Of a stretch of 64,000 nt of DNA, positions 51,715 through 63,614 are shown in pieces. The notes beneath the pieces are model-generated. The model did not search any database, was not told where the DNA came from, and saw only the letters and a program-made list of their open reading frames with translations. Position 1 is the first letter of the stretch. Every line of letters starts with the position of its first letter. The position numbers and the translations under genes are program-made. The stretch comes from Octopus sinensis (lineage: Eukaryota), in the NCBI RefSeq assembly GCF_006345805.1, contig NC_043004.1, positions 76,818,001-76,882,000 on the forward strand. The letters run 5' to 3'.

Positions 51715-52710
51715 ATTCAGTCCGCTTTGTAAAGTGGTTGACATTTAGATGGGTATCCAGCAATAAAAACCATGCCAGAGCAAACCTTGCCAGCACCTAG
51801 TCCACTCTGTAAAAGGACTGGCCTTAGAAAGGGTATCCAGCCACAAAAACCATGCCAAAGCAGACCTCACCAGTCATGGTTTCATGTAAAAAGCACCCAG
51901 TCCACTCTGCAAAGAGGTTGGTATAAGGAAGGGCACCCAACCATAAAAACCATACCAAAACAGACGGTTGAGATTGGTATAGTCCTCTGGCTTGCCAGCT
52001 CCAGTCAAACTATCCAACCCATGCTAGCATGGAAGATGAACATTAAATGATGATAATGATGATGATGATGATCATCATCATCATCGTTTAACTTCCGCTT
52101 TCCATGCTAGCATGGGTTGGACGATTTTGACTGAGGGCTGGCAAACCAGATAGCTGCACCAGGCTCCAGTCTTGATCTGGCAGAGTTTCTACAGCTGGAT
52201 GCCCTTCCTAACGCCAACCACTCCAAGAGTGTAGTGGGTGCTTTTTACATGCCACCAGCATGGGGGCCAGTCAGGCGGTACTGGCAATGACCTCGCTTGA
52301 ATCTTTTTACACATACCACCGGTACAGGTGCCAGTGAAGCGATGTTGGTAATGATCACACTCGAATGGTGCCCTTTTTACGTGCCATGGGTATGGAAGCC
52401 AGTTGGCTGCTCTGGCAACGATCATGCTTGGATGGTGTTCTTGGCACCCTACTAGCACAGGCATAAGTGCCAGTAAGGTGACACTAGTAATGATCATACT
52501 CGAATAGCCGCTCTGTCAACGATCACACTCGTATGGTGCTCTTTGCACCCTGCTAGCACAGATGCCAGTCATCGAAATGATTTTGATTTTGATTTCACTT
52601 GCCTCAACAGGTCTTCGCAAGCAAAGTTTAGTGACCAAAGAAGGAAAAGGTACGTATAAGTGGGCTGGTTATGCTCCTGGCATAGGCCACGGGTTATGGT
52701 CTCATCTGGC
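51715..52710. mobile_element. RTE-type elements tail-to-tail (51715-52070 +, 52071-52710 -)
   Basis: (GAT)n directly abuts (CAT)n; the minus copy extends nearly to the ORF stop region. Confidence 0.8.
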
Positions 52711-53416
52711 TTTACTAATGAGAAAAAGGAGAAAACTAATTTGATCATCACAGTTTATGAACATAGAAGCACTAGTTGAGCATAAGGAGACGAAAAAGAC
52801 AGCAGAGTGAACTTTCAAATACAAAAAAATAAACAGAATGACTCTAGCTTGTGTCAAATAATTTAGAACGCATATTGAATGATTTAGAAAGTAAATGATA
52901 TACAGTGGAATAAATTCAACATTTTTAAATGTTCAAATGCTACTCACAAAAAAAAAACATATTTTTACAAATACATAAGGAAAACTGTGACAAGGACATA
53001 AATATTGAACCACAAATCTCTGCTAGAATGTAATTACATCTATGGTGATTAACTTAAATGAAGTGTTATATATAACAACTAGAATCAATTCCATGATATT
53101 TATAAAAACAACAGTTGTTATTATATAAAGTATAGTTACAACAGAAATGTGTCTACTAAATCTCTATGGCTCTTTTAGGACAATAAAATACAAGAGTAGC
53201 ATTTGAACATTTAAAATACAAGAAACTGAAGCAATGAAAACCGAGCCCCTCTCGGCAAAATTAAACTCAATGAAACAACAACAAAGGTACCTTAAAGTAT
53301 TACATCTGAATTGTGAATATCTCAAATGATGTTCATAATACTGCTTTAGAAAAAAAATTATCAAACACTGTAAGCTAGAGTTCAAGGATAACTAGTGGTG
53401 GTCCATGTCTCTAAGC

Positions 53417-53611
53417 CAGGGATTCTCAACCGTAACTCTCAGGGGTGCATGCAACCCTCAAACATTCTTCTGGCTGCCCCTAATGGTCTACCCTCTATAA
53501 ATATAGTAAATTGTTCTTTGTTTGACTTGTGTTTTATTTTCTTGATGTGGACCCCTAAAAACCTCCAGGTTTGGGATCTGGCCCACATATTAAAATGGTT
53601 AAGAACCACTG
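53417..53611. mobile_element. hAT (Charlie-type) MITE, old
   Basis: TIRs CAGGGATTCTCAACC / GGTTAAGAACCACTG; 8-bp flanks match only partly. Confidence 0.65.
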
Positions 53612-53869
53612 ATTTAAACCCTCCAGCAGATTGAGCAGAACTATGATCCCAATTATTTGGGGGGTTTTTTTGTTCAATGTGTTCTTTGTTGCCGCTTTTT
53701 AAGATAGTAGAGTTTGATTAAATGGAGACTTGATTGCTATTTTTAAAAGATCACATAATTAGGTAGAGATTCTATAGTAATCCATAGTGAAGACGTGAAC
53801 TTTAAAATGGGAATTTTCATAATAGCTATTCCCCCAAAGTCCTAATCCTTAAGTATCAGGACTTGTCAG

Positions 53870-54120
53870 TGAACCATTTCTTCCAGCCGGTGGCATTTGA
53901 GATATTTGAGGGGCTGGGCTGCTAACAGGGAAATACTTGTCCTCGTTGGAGGTTCACCTCTCCAAGGTGTCAGGTGATGCTCCTGAGGGTGCTTGGCAGT
54001 TCCAACATCTTAGCCTCTCCATCAACCGTGGTAATGCTGCGAACGTGTTGCCTCGCTTCTTTAGAGTCTGTTGAACCTTCTGGTGTGCGACCGACTAATG
54101 CACTATGAATTGATTCTTTT
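53870..54120 (+). mobile_element. CRE-like (RLE-type) non-LTR retrotransposon 3' remnant
   Basis: FQPVAFEIFEGLG...VSGDAPEGAWQFQHLSLSINRGNAANVL resembles the F.P.A.ET.G...QR.S...QRGNAA C-terminal motif. Confidence 0.6.
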
Positions 54121-54983
54121 TTCTTTTTATTTTTTATTTTATTGCCCATGTTTGTGTTTTCTCCGGTTTGGGATTTGTATTTTAATGTAGATTATTCATG
54201 CAATTAAGTACGTGTTCCTTTCATTTATGAGAACGAAATGCATTATCTACGATAAAATTAGTTCGCACAGGTATCATTTGTTTTGCTTGCATACAAGATA
54301 TAACGTGTTCAAAATATTTCTACGTGTAAACATGGCGTGAGTCTTGTATAACAAAAAGAAATTGTTGATAAAAACACCTGTTTTAAATATTTTGAATAGT
54401 TTGGGGGAAAAGGATAGCTGTAATTAGTCAGAAAATACCCGGATAAAAGTTGGAAATTAAATCTAATACTCAAGCTGGAGAGAAGTGGGTGGCGAAATAG
54501 TCGATAGTTAGGTGAGTGGAGTGCAATAAAACTGAATCAGAGAGAAAATGTAAGGCTGAGACAACAGCAAATCCAGGACAAAGAATCCACTATCTACCAT
54601 CTGCTGTTTCTCAATCACAATATCATACTTGCTAAGTACGTACTGTGATAATATATAAACAAATTCGATAGCACATCACATCTAATCACATCTAAGAGGA
54701 CAGCTTTGTTAAAAGATTCTCGTGTTAAATATAAAAGGTTGCTAACAAGGGAAACAGCTTTCAACAAAGTTTTTTAGAGTATGAAACCAGCTCGTTGGTG
54801 GATCTGGATCTTCAGACAACATAGTGGTCACTGAGCAGGTAAATTCCAACAATAAGGAATAAATGAAATTATCACTTATTTTATATCATTTCTCCATTGT
54901 TTATTATAGATTTGAAATGAAACTGATGGACTAAACACTTTTAAACTTCGTTTATTGGTAGAATGTGTTACATAAAACATCTT

Positions 54984-55987
54984 GGATCTTTTCCTTTTGA
55001 ACGGCACATGTCAACACAATTTCTAGTTAACTAAACACTTTAAAACTTCGTATACTGGTAGAATGTGTCAAAATGAAACATTTTTTTTCTCTTGGCTTTC
55101 TTGATAAAATTGTAATTCGTTTGTTTAACGTAGTTTAATTTTTCGAATTTTAACCAATCAATTGCCTCTAATTGAGCTAAAATAATCTGCTGCATCTAAA
55201 ACTGAGGCAACATCCTGTCACTAACCCTCACCCTAACCCTAAATTTTAGCCTTTCGTTTTTTTTTCTTAATTGTTAAATTAATTTAAGGATAACAATTAA
55301 GAAAAAAAAAACAAAAGGCTAAAACAAAAGCAATGGAAAATAAGTTAACCCTTTCGCAATTAAACTGGCCCTATCTGGCCAAAAGTATTCAAAATGGCCA
55401 GATCTGGTCTCTCACACCAACCCTTCAATATCGTTTTAAAAATTAACAGCTACCTCATCAAAATCTCATAGCTACAAGATAATGCATGATTAGTTCAAAA
55501 CAATGTGGATAAAAAAGGATTAATTTTGGCAGAATAATGTGAACACTAAAGGGTTAAACAATTAACAAACAAAATAATTCTATAATTTTATACACACGCT
55601 TTCCATACATATACATAACGAAAGGCTAAAACGAAAGCAAAAACTCAAAACAAAAACAAAACGAATTATTTTAGACACATGCGTAACAATTAGATTAATT
55701 TAACAATTAAGAAAAGAAAAACGAAAGGCTAAAATTTAGGGTTAGGGTTAGTGACAGGATGTTGTCTCAGTTTTAGACGCAGCAAATGATTTTAGCTCAA
55801 TTAGAGGCAATTGATTGGTTAAAATTCGAAAAATTAAACTACATTAAACAAACAAATTACAATTTTCTCAAGAAACCCAAGAGAAAAAAATGTTTTATTT
55901 TGACACATTCTACCAGTATATGAAGTTTTAAAGTGTTTAGTTAACAAGAAATTGTGTTGAAAACCGCCGTTCAAAAGGAAAAGATCC
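54984..55987. mobile_element. Fold-back MITE (Merlin-like), ~300-bp TIRs, 8-bp TSD
   Basis: GGATCTTTTCC...GGAAAAGATCC; TSD AACATCTT at 54976-54983 and 55988-55995. Confidence 0.9.
55349..55553 (+). mobile_element. TTAA-specific MITE nested in the fold-back MITE
   Basis: TTAA|CCCTTT...AAAGGG|TTAA; homologous to 31333-31541; absent from the sister copy at 60281. Confidence 0.85.
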
Positions 55988-56580
55988 AACATCTTTTTCT
56001 CTTGGCTTTCTTGAGAAAATTCTGTAGTTTGTAAGCTATTTCTTGTTAAATTTCTTGCATTTCGGCAATTTCAACCAATCAATGACGTCTATTGAGGTGA
56101 ATACAATTTCTGCGGTTGTTTGCCAATGTGGTGTCAGTATATGAAGTTTAAAAGTGTTTAGTTACAAAGAAATTATTAAAAAAATCTGCCGGTCAAAATG
56201 AAAAGATCCCTTATATGCCCCTTTATTAGACTATTTTCCTTAGTCATTGCACAGTGATCGCCATAAGCTTTAAGCTTATATAAAAATATCATTGTCAATA
56301 TAGATAGACAGATAGATAGATAGATAGATAGATTTATGATACGTCCATGTACGTATAAAGCCATCTGTACATCGAGTTCATTAGCCGCACTTACTGCCTT
56401 AAAAAGAATATGTAACATTGAATAACATAATCTCAAATACACAATACTAGAACAAGGCTGCTTGACAACATGAGATAAAAGAATATGTGATACTATTTTA
56501 AAATCTAAAAAATTGTTGAAACTTTCAATGGGTCAAATTTGTTTCTGAGAAACATGGTCATCGATTTTAGAAAATTTTCG

Positions 56581-57420
56581 GGACCTTTTCCTTTTCAACT
56601 GCACTTTGTAACATAATTTCTAGGTAACTAAAACGTTTTAAACTTCGCATACTGGTAGAATGTGTTTATAAAACATCATTTTTTCTTGGCTTTATTGAGA
56701 AAATTCTATATGTCATAACATATTTCATCTTTAATTTCAAGCATTTTGGCAATTTTAACCAATTGCTGACGTCCATTTAGGTAAATAACATTCTGTGAAT
56801 AATGAATATGTCCCTCCTTTAAGAAACAGATTGGGTTTATTTACATTTGTGAAGAAAAATGATACCTTTCCCCACCCCTAACCCTAACCCTAACTCACCC
56901 TAACTCTAACCCTAAATCTAAAACAGATTGAAATGCAATAGATCGATACTAGGGTTATAATTATGGGTGACAATTTCATACGACACCGCTACGGAAAATG
57001 GGATTTTTTTCTAGCGGTTTCAAATGAAAATGTCACCCATAATTATGGCCCTAGTATTGATCTATTGCATTTCAATCTATTTTAGATTTAGGGTTAGTTA
57101 AGGTTAGTTAAGGTTAGTTAGGGGTTGGGGAAGGGTATCTTTTTTTCTTCACAAATGTAAATAAACCCAATCTGTTTCTTAAAGGAGGGACATATTCATT
57201 ATTCACAGAATGTTATTTACCTAAATGGACGTCAGCAATTGGTTAAAATTGCCAAAATGCTCGAAATTAAAGACGAAATATCTTACAACCTATAGAATTT
57301 TCTCAATAAAGCCAAGAGAAAAATATGTTTTATAAACACATTCTACCAGTATACGAAGTTTAAAAGTTTTTAGTTACCTAGAAATTATGTTACAAAGTGC
57401 CGTTCAAAAGGAAACGATCC
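56581..57420. mobile_element. Fold-back MITE (Merlin-like), almost fully palindromic, 8-bp TSD
   Basis: TSD AATTTTCG at 56573-56580 and 57421-57428; arms ~410 bp. Confidence 0.9.
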
Positions 57421-59647
57421 AATTTTCGAAAATTTAAAGTGGGAATATACAAAAAAATACTGAATAATTCTTTATGCTACAATTTTTGTTGCTTATCAAA
57501 AAATAGCTGACATTCACGAAAAAAAAAAAAAAGAAAAAGAGAGATAGAACTCCCCCACACAATAAAGAGAAAACAGTTGTAATTCAAGGTTCTAATCAAG
57601 AAACACATTTGGCGCCATTATTATTAAACTTAGTCTCGACTTGCTCAAGTGAGACAGCTCTTCGGAAATCAATTACACAAGACAATAAATGTTTTTGTTG
57701 CATTTTTTTTTTAATATTGCATTGAACCAGTTGATGTGATCTTCATTGAGAAACATGTATGCGTGCATGGATAAACATGAATATTTGATGTCACCTAAAA
57801 CTGCATCAAAATTACCTTGTCACTATAAATTCGGTAATGTTCGACTCTGAAATAAAGTGCTTCTCCAAACAAAGCAGTTGTGAAGTGATGTGAAGATGAG
57901 TCACCTATTATCTTTATTGTCGAGTATAAACAACTGCTTGTTCACCTTTCACTTGCATTCAGAGCAGTTTGTTGCATTTTGCACGTTAAATATTCGAAAG
58001 ATTGCCAGCTCTAATTGCATTCGGTTCTTGACCTCCAAGAAACCTTTATTCCGGAGCATATCTGAAGATGGGCATGTAGTCTGCCCCGAGCGGTACTTTT
58101 ATGGAGGGGGCATATTTGGGTCTGCTGAATAAACTTGTATGGGCTAATACAAGCCACCTCAGGGATCAGGAAGCAAACTCAATTGCTACACCGGGGACGG
58201 CACTCACTCTAGCTACACGACTTCCCTTCTTCCTCTGAACCACTAGCTTCTCTCATTTTACAGGGGGAAATGCAGTTAATTGTACTTTATGCTACCGAAC
58301 TCAGAAGAAATAAAAAAAAAAAAGAAAAGGGTTTTGTATTTCCTGAAGCACAAAAGTTAAGTATTGGTTAAATATTAATTTCTTTATTGCTCACAGGGGG
58401 CTAAACATAGAGGGGACAAACAAGGACAAATGGATTAAGGCGACTACATCGAATCCATTGCGTAACTGGTACTTATTTAATCGACCCTGAAAGGATGAAA
58501 GGCAAAGTCGACCTCGTATTAGTTATTGTCAGAGTAATTAGGGTCGCAAAAAATATCACGATATTTTGTTACGTTACAACCCTTTCTGTTCTGAACTCAA
58601 ATTCCGAGTTTTGATGTGACTGCCCAGCCATGACTACTCCATTCTTTTAGAGACATGTCTAGGTCTACATTAGCCACCTGGAGCAATTTGAGGAAGATTT
58701 AGCTTCCAGTTCTAGCTGGTCTGGACACAATGACTCCTTCATTGATTCATATCCTGTATTATTTTATTTTCTATCGCAATTCCAGTCGCGACAAGCACTT
58801 TATGGATCCCGCGGAAAAATAAGAGGCAAAGTTGATACCGACAGGATCTGAACGCAGAACGGGCATAGTTCTTCCGTAAGCATTTTGTCCGGCGATTTGA
58901 CTATTCTGCTAACGTAACTGTAACTAAACAGTTAACTGCACACACACACACACATTACGTTAACTTAGTCACCTGATCGATTTTGACTACTTCCTGCTAC
59001 AACTATTTTACTGACCCAGAATGATGAAATCAATTTTTTTTGCAATACCCAACCTATGGGTGTGTATCTATGTTTGCTTAATTTTAAACATTTACTCTAA
59101 AGAAAATAAATTCACAGCTAAATTTATACACTCAACTATGTGACATACTCTCGTTTACATGTATGTGTGCAACGAAAATGTATTGAAAACATACATGTGT
59201 GTGTGTATTTGCGCTTTTTGAATTCGGGGTATATTTACGACGATTGAACAATTGACTACTATTCCGGATATGCGAATAGATTGTTAAAATGTACAAGCAT
59301 AGTATTTTTTTTGTATCTTGTGCAATGTTTATTTATATCACCTGAAATAGATAACAGTCGGTCGCTCAACAAATTTTTAGTCTTTTGTTATCGACTGACA
59401 GCTTAAAGTTTTTTACATAACTCATTTACACTTGTCTTCGTAAAAGCTAACTTGTACAGCTCACATTTAGAGATTATCGAGGAATATCCTATGATCAAAT
59501 GCATTCTAACCGTGACAATACCAATTTTTGTATAACTATGACTACACTTTTCATATTTAAGACGAGAGGCTGTGCTTTGGGTAACAGGAAAACTGGCTGC
59601 CTTTTGTAGCATGTTGAGGTATTACGTAGGGGTATCTTCGCTAGTTA

Positions 59648-59867
59648 AAGGCGGTGAGCTGGCAGAAGCATTAGCACGCTGGGCGAAATGCTTAGCGGTA
59701 TTTCGTCTGCCGCTACGTTCTGAGTTCAAATTCCGCCGAGGTCGACTTTGACTTTCATCTTTTCGGGGTCGATAAATTAAGTACCAGTTACGCACTAGGG
59801 TCGATGTCATCGACTTAATCCGTTTGTCCTCTCTGTGTTTAGCCCCTTGTGGGTAGTAAAGAAATAG
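59648..59867 (+). mobile_element. SINE family C, full-length young copy (Deu/Nin-domain-like core)
   Basis: A-box-like TGGCAGAAGCATTAG, B-box GAGTTCAAATTCC, core CTTTCATC.TTTCGGGGTCGATAAATTAAGTACCAG; domain name from recall. Confidence 0.85.
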
Positions 59868-59964
59868 GTACCTTCGCTGGTTTTTAAGGATTATCTTCTC
59901 AAGTGTTTTAATAATAACAAGTATATAAGAAGGAGTTATGTTCACTTCTACTTAAATCGTTGTA

Positions 59965-60170
59965 TTAGCAGAACCGTTAATACACTGGACAAAATGCTTA
60001 GCGGCATTTCGTCTGTCTTTACGTTCTGAGTTCAAATTCCGCCGAGGTTAACTGCGCCTTTCATTCTTCCTGAGTCGATAAAATAAGTACGACTTGAGTA
60101 TTGGAACTGATGTAACCGACTTACCCCTTCCCCAAAACTGGTGGCCTTGTGCCAAAATTTGAAACCAATA
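59965..60170 (+). mobile_element. SINE family C (GGCCTTGTGCCAAAATTTGAAACC tail subfamily)
   Basis: Same head and core as 59648, different tail. Confidence 0.85.
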
Positions 60171-60249
60171 TGTTTTCCGTTTACCCAATGCACTCACAAA
60201 GCATTGGTCGAACCAGGGCTATACCAGAAACATTTGCCCAAGATAATAA

Positions 60250-61305
60250 GTGTCTCCTACAATAGCCCAGGTTAACCAATGGATCTTTTCCTTTTGAACG
60301 GCAGTTTTCAACACAATTTCTAGTTAACTAAACACTTTTAAACTTCGTATACTGGTAGAATGTGTCAAAATAAAACATTTTTTTCTCTTGGCTTCCTTGA
60401 GAAAACTGTAATTTGTAAGTTTAACGTAGTTTAATTTTTCGAATTTTAACCAATCGATGGTCTCTTCTGAGCTAAAATCATTTGCTGCATCTAAAACTGA
60501 GACAACATCCTGTCACTGTTATGTTTACGTTCGGAAAGCGTGTGCATAAAATTATAGAATTATTTTGTATGTTAATTGTTTAAATTATTTTCCATTGCTT
60601 TCGCTTTAGCCTTTCGTTTTCTTTTTCTTAAGCAATGGAAAATAGTTTAAACAATACACGTGTATCTCAAAACTAAAACTCAAAACAAAAACAAAACGAA
60701 TAATTTTAGACACACGCGTAACAAATTAATTTAACAATTAAGAAAAAAAAAACGAAAGGCTAAAATTTAGGGTTAGGGTTAGGGTTAGTGACAGGATGTT
60801 GTCTCAGTTTTAGACACAGCAAATGATCTTAGCTCAATAGAGGTCATCAATTGGTTAAAATTCGAAAAATTAAACTACGTTAAACTTACAAATTACAATT
60901 TTCTCAAGAAAGCCAAGAGAAAAAAATGTTTTATTTTGACACATTCTACCAGTATACGAAGTTTAAAAGTGTTCAGTTAACTAGAAATTGTGTTGAAAAC
61001 TGCTGTTCAAAAGGAAATGATCCTAACCAATACCTTGTGAGAGAATTTAGTGGACGGATGCTGCATGGAAGCCCGTCGTACACATATGTGAGTGTGTGTG
61101 GAGTGGGGAGGGTCTTGGTGTTTGTCCCTACTAGAGCTTGACAACTGGTGTTGGTTTGTTTACATCACTGTAAGTTAGCAGTTCAGCAAAAATGACTGAC
61201 AGAATAAATATCAGATTCAAATAGCACCAGGGTTCATTTATTCAACTGCACCCTTGAAGGTGGTGCTCCAGTATGGCCATAGTCCTATGACTGAAACAAG
61301 TAAAT
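60250..61305 (+). mobile_element. SINE family A interrupted by a fold-back MITE
   Basis: SINE sequence is continuous across the TAACCAAT duplication. Confidence 0.75.
60281..61023. mobile_element. Fold-back MITE (Merlin-like), ~236-bp TIRs, 8-bp TSD
   Basis: TSD TAACCAAT at 60273-60280 and 61024-61031; same subfamily as 54984-55987. Confidence 0.92.
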
Positions 61306-61571
61306 GATAAACTCAAATATTGACTTGGTGCAAAATATTGTATACATGTGTTTTGAGGGAATGTGTATTGGGAAGGCACTGGACAGCAAAATAAAACTGT
61401 AGACTCCCAGGCACAGGCGTGTCTGTGTAGGAAGAGGCTTGCTTCCAAGCACACAGTTCTGGGTTCAGTCCCTCTTCATGGGCAGGTATCTTCAATCAAA
61501 GCCTCAGGCCAACCAAAGCCTTGTGGCTAGATTTCGTAGACAGAAACTGAAAGAAGCTCTTCATATATTTA

Positions 61572-61579
<8 letters not shown>

Positions 61580-61667
<88 letters not shown>
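61580..61667. repeat. (TA)n microsatellite following a family A head (61412-61562)
   Basis: Directly visible. Confidence 0.9.
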
Positions 61668-61669
<2 letters not shown>

Positions 61670-62098
61670 AACTCGGTGACTGGCATCCGTTGCTAGTGGA
61701 GCGCTAAGAGTACCATACGAGTGAGATCGTTGCCAGAGCAACAAGCTGGCCTTCATGCCGATGGCACATTAAACACACTATTCAAGCTTACCAGAACTTG
61801 TGCTGGTGGCACATGAAACATTCGAGCGAGGTTGTTGCCAGTGCCGCTGGACTGGCTCCTGTGCAGGTGGCACATAAAAAGCACCATTTGGGCATAGCCA
61901 TTGCCAGTACCACCAAACTAGCCCTCGTGCCAGTGGCACGTAAAAGCACCCAATACACTCTCGGAGTGGTTGGCATTAGGAAGGGCATCCAACTGTAGAA
62001 ACTCTGCCAGATCAGATTGGAGTCTAGTTTGCCAGACCTCAGTCAAATCGTCCAACCTATGCTAGCATGGAAAGCGGACATTAAATGATGATGATGAT
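61670..62098 (+). mobile_element. RTE-type 3' UTR element with diverged tandem units
   Basis: Standard terminal motif and (GAT)n tail. Confidence 0.8.
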
Positions 62099-62216
62099 AT
62101 ATATATATATATGCTATTGAGGTTCTCATTTTGTTTAATGAATAAATAATCCAACATTATAATATCCGAAAGTTGATGAACAAACTAAATTTGTTTCTCC
62201 ATTTTCTTATTTGTAT

Positions 62217-62260
<44 letters not shown>

Positions 62261-62339
62261 CTATATTATATATTATATGTTCTACCCATACATGCATGGA
62301 AGATGGATGTAAAACTGTGATGAAGATGATGATATATAC

Positions 62340-62717
62340 TTTTATTCTTTTACTTGTTTCAGTCATTTATTTGACTGTGGCCATGCTGGAGCACCACCTT
62401 TAGTTGAACAAATCGACCCCAGGACTTATTCTTTGTAAGCCTAGTACTTATTCTATCAGTCTCTTTTGCTGACCTGCTAAGCTGCAGGGACATAAGCAAA
62501 CATTGGTTGTCAAGCGATGGAGGGGATACAAACACAGACACACACACAAATACACACTCACACACATATATACAATGGGCTTCTTTCAGTTTCCATCTAG
62601 CAAATCCACTGACAAGGATTTGGTCAGCCCAAGGCTATAGTAGAAGACACTTGCTCAAGATGCCACGCAGTGGGACTGAACCCAGAACAATGTGGTTGGG
62701 AAGCAAGCTTCTTACCA
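62340..62717 (-). mobile_element. SINE family A
   Basis: Reverse complement of 17740-18150. Confidence 0.85.
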
Positions 62718-63358
62718 TATACGTATCTATAATACATTAAAAGTCAGTTTGAATCTTGCTTGCTTGCAATGTTACCCAGCCAAACAGGCACATAATGGGA
62801 AAATACTATGAATTAAGTTTACCCTGAAATGTTAATATGAATGGAATAAAAAAAGTTTCGTGTAAATCAGACAAGTGGTTTTTAAGTTATTAGAGACTTT
62901 CATGGTATAAATGCCCAAAATGGTGCATAATGGGAAAATATTCTGAAAATAATCTTAATCCTGAAAGAGAAGAAACACTTACCTTTTGATTAGACACAGT
63001 GACTTGACAACGATAAAATACAATTTGTTTTTTTACAGTAAATGTTTCTATTTTTGATTTTTGTTAAACAATATTTTAACCATCTAGAAATATTTTTAAG
63101 TGAATGTGAATTCAAAAATGTAAGTTGTTTGTACAGTAAATATTTATATTTTAGCTTTCTTTAAACAGACAATATTTTAATGTTTTTTTTAAATATTTTC
63201 AAGTGAATACCATTACAATAATTTGTATTGGCATATTTAAAAAATATTTAAAAGTGAAAATGACTTTAAAAATACAGTAAATATCAGAAACCAAGCCAAA
63301 TCAGACTGGAGCTTGGTGCAGCTCACCAGCTTACCAATTCCAGTCAAATGGTCTAACC

Positions 63359-63614
63359 CAGTGGTTCCCAAACATTTTTGGGCTGCTGCCTCCTTAACAC
63401 CCAGGCCACATTCCTTGTTTCCCCACCCCAACTAACCATCACAAACATACACCTCTTTCTGAAGCAAATCCAAAGCAACTGTATTTTACAAATAAAACTT
63501 AACTTAATAAACCCTTTATTTTGTTGTTTTTACATGAATCGCTCCCTCATTATCACCCCACTTTTCTTCCTACTGTCCCAAGCAAGGCAATACCGCCCAC
63601 TTTGAGAACCACTG
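63359..63614. mobile_element. hAT (Charlie-type) MITE with perfect 8-bp TSD, nested in an RTE tail (63290-63665)
   Basis: TIRs CAGTGGTTCCCAAA / TTTGAGAACCACTG; TSD GTCTAACC at 63351-63358 and 63615-63622. Confidence 0.9.

Larger units (their letters stand above)
54931..56209. mobile_element. Older fold-back MITE relative acting as host of nested insertions
   Basis: TIR-like sequence is interrupted at AACATCTT, resumes at 55996 and ends GAAAAGATCC. Confidence 0.65.
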
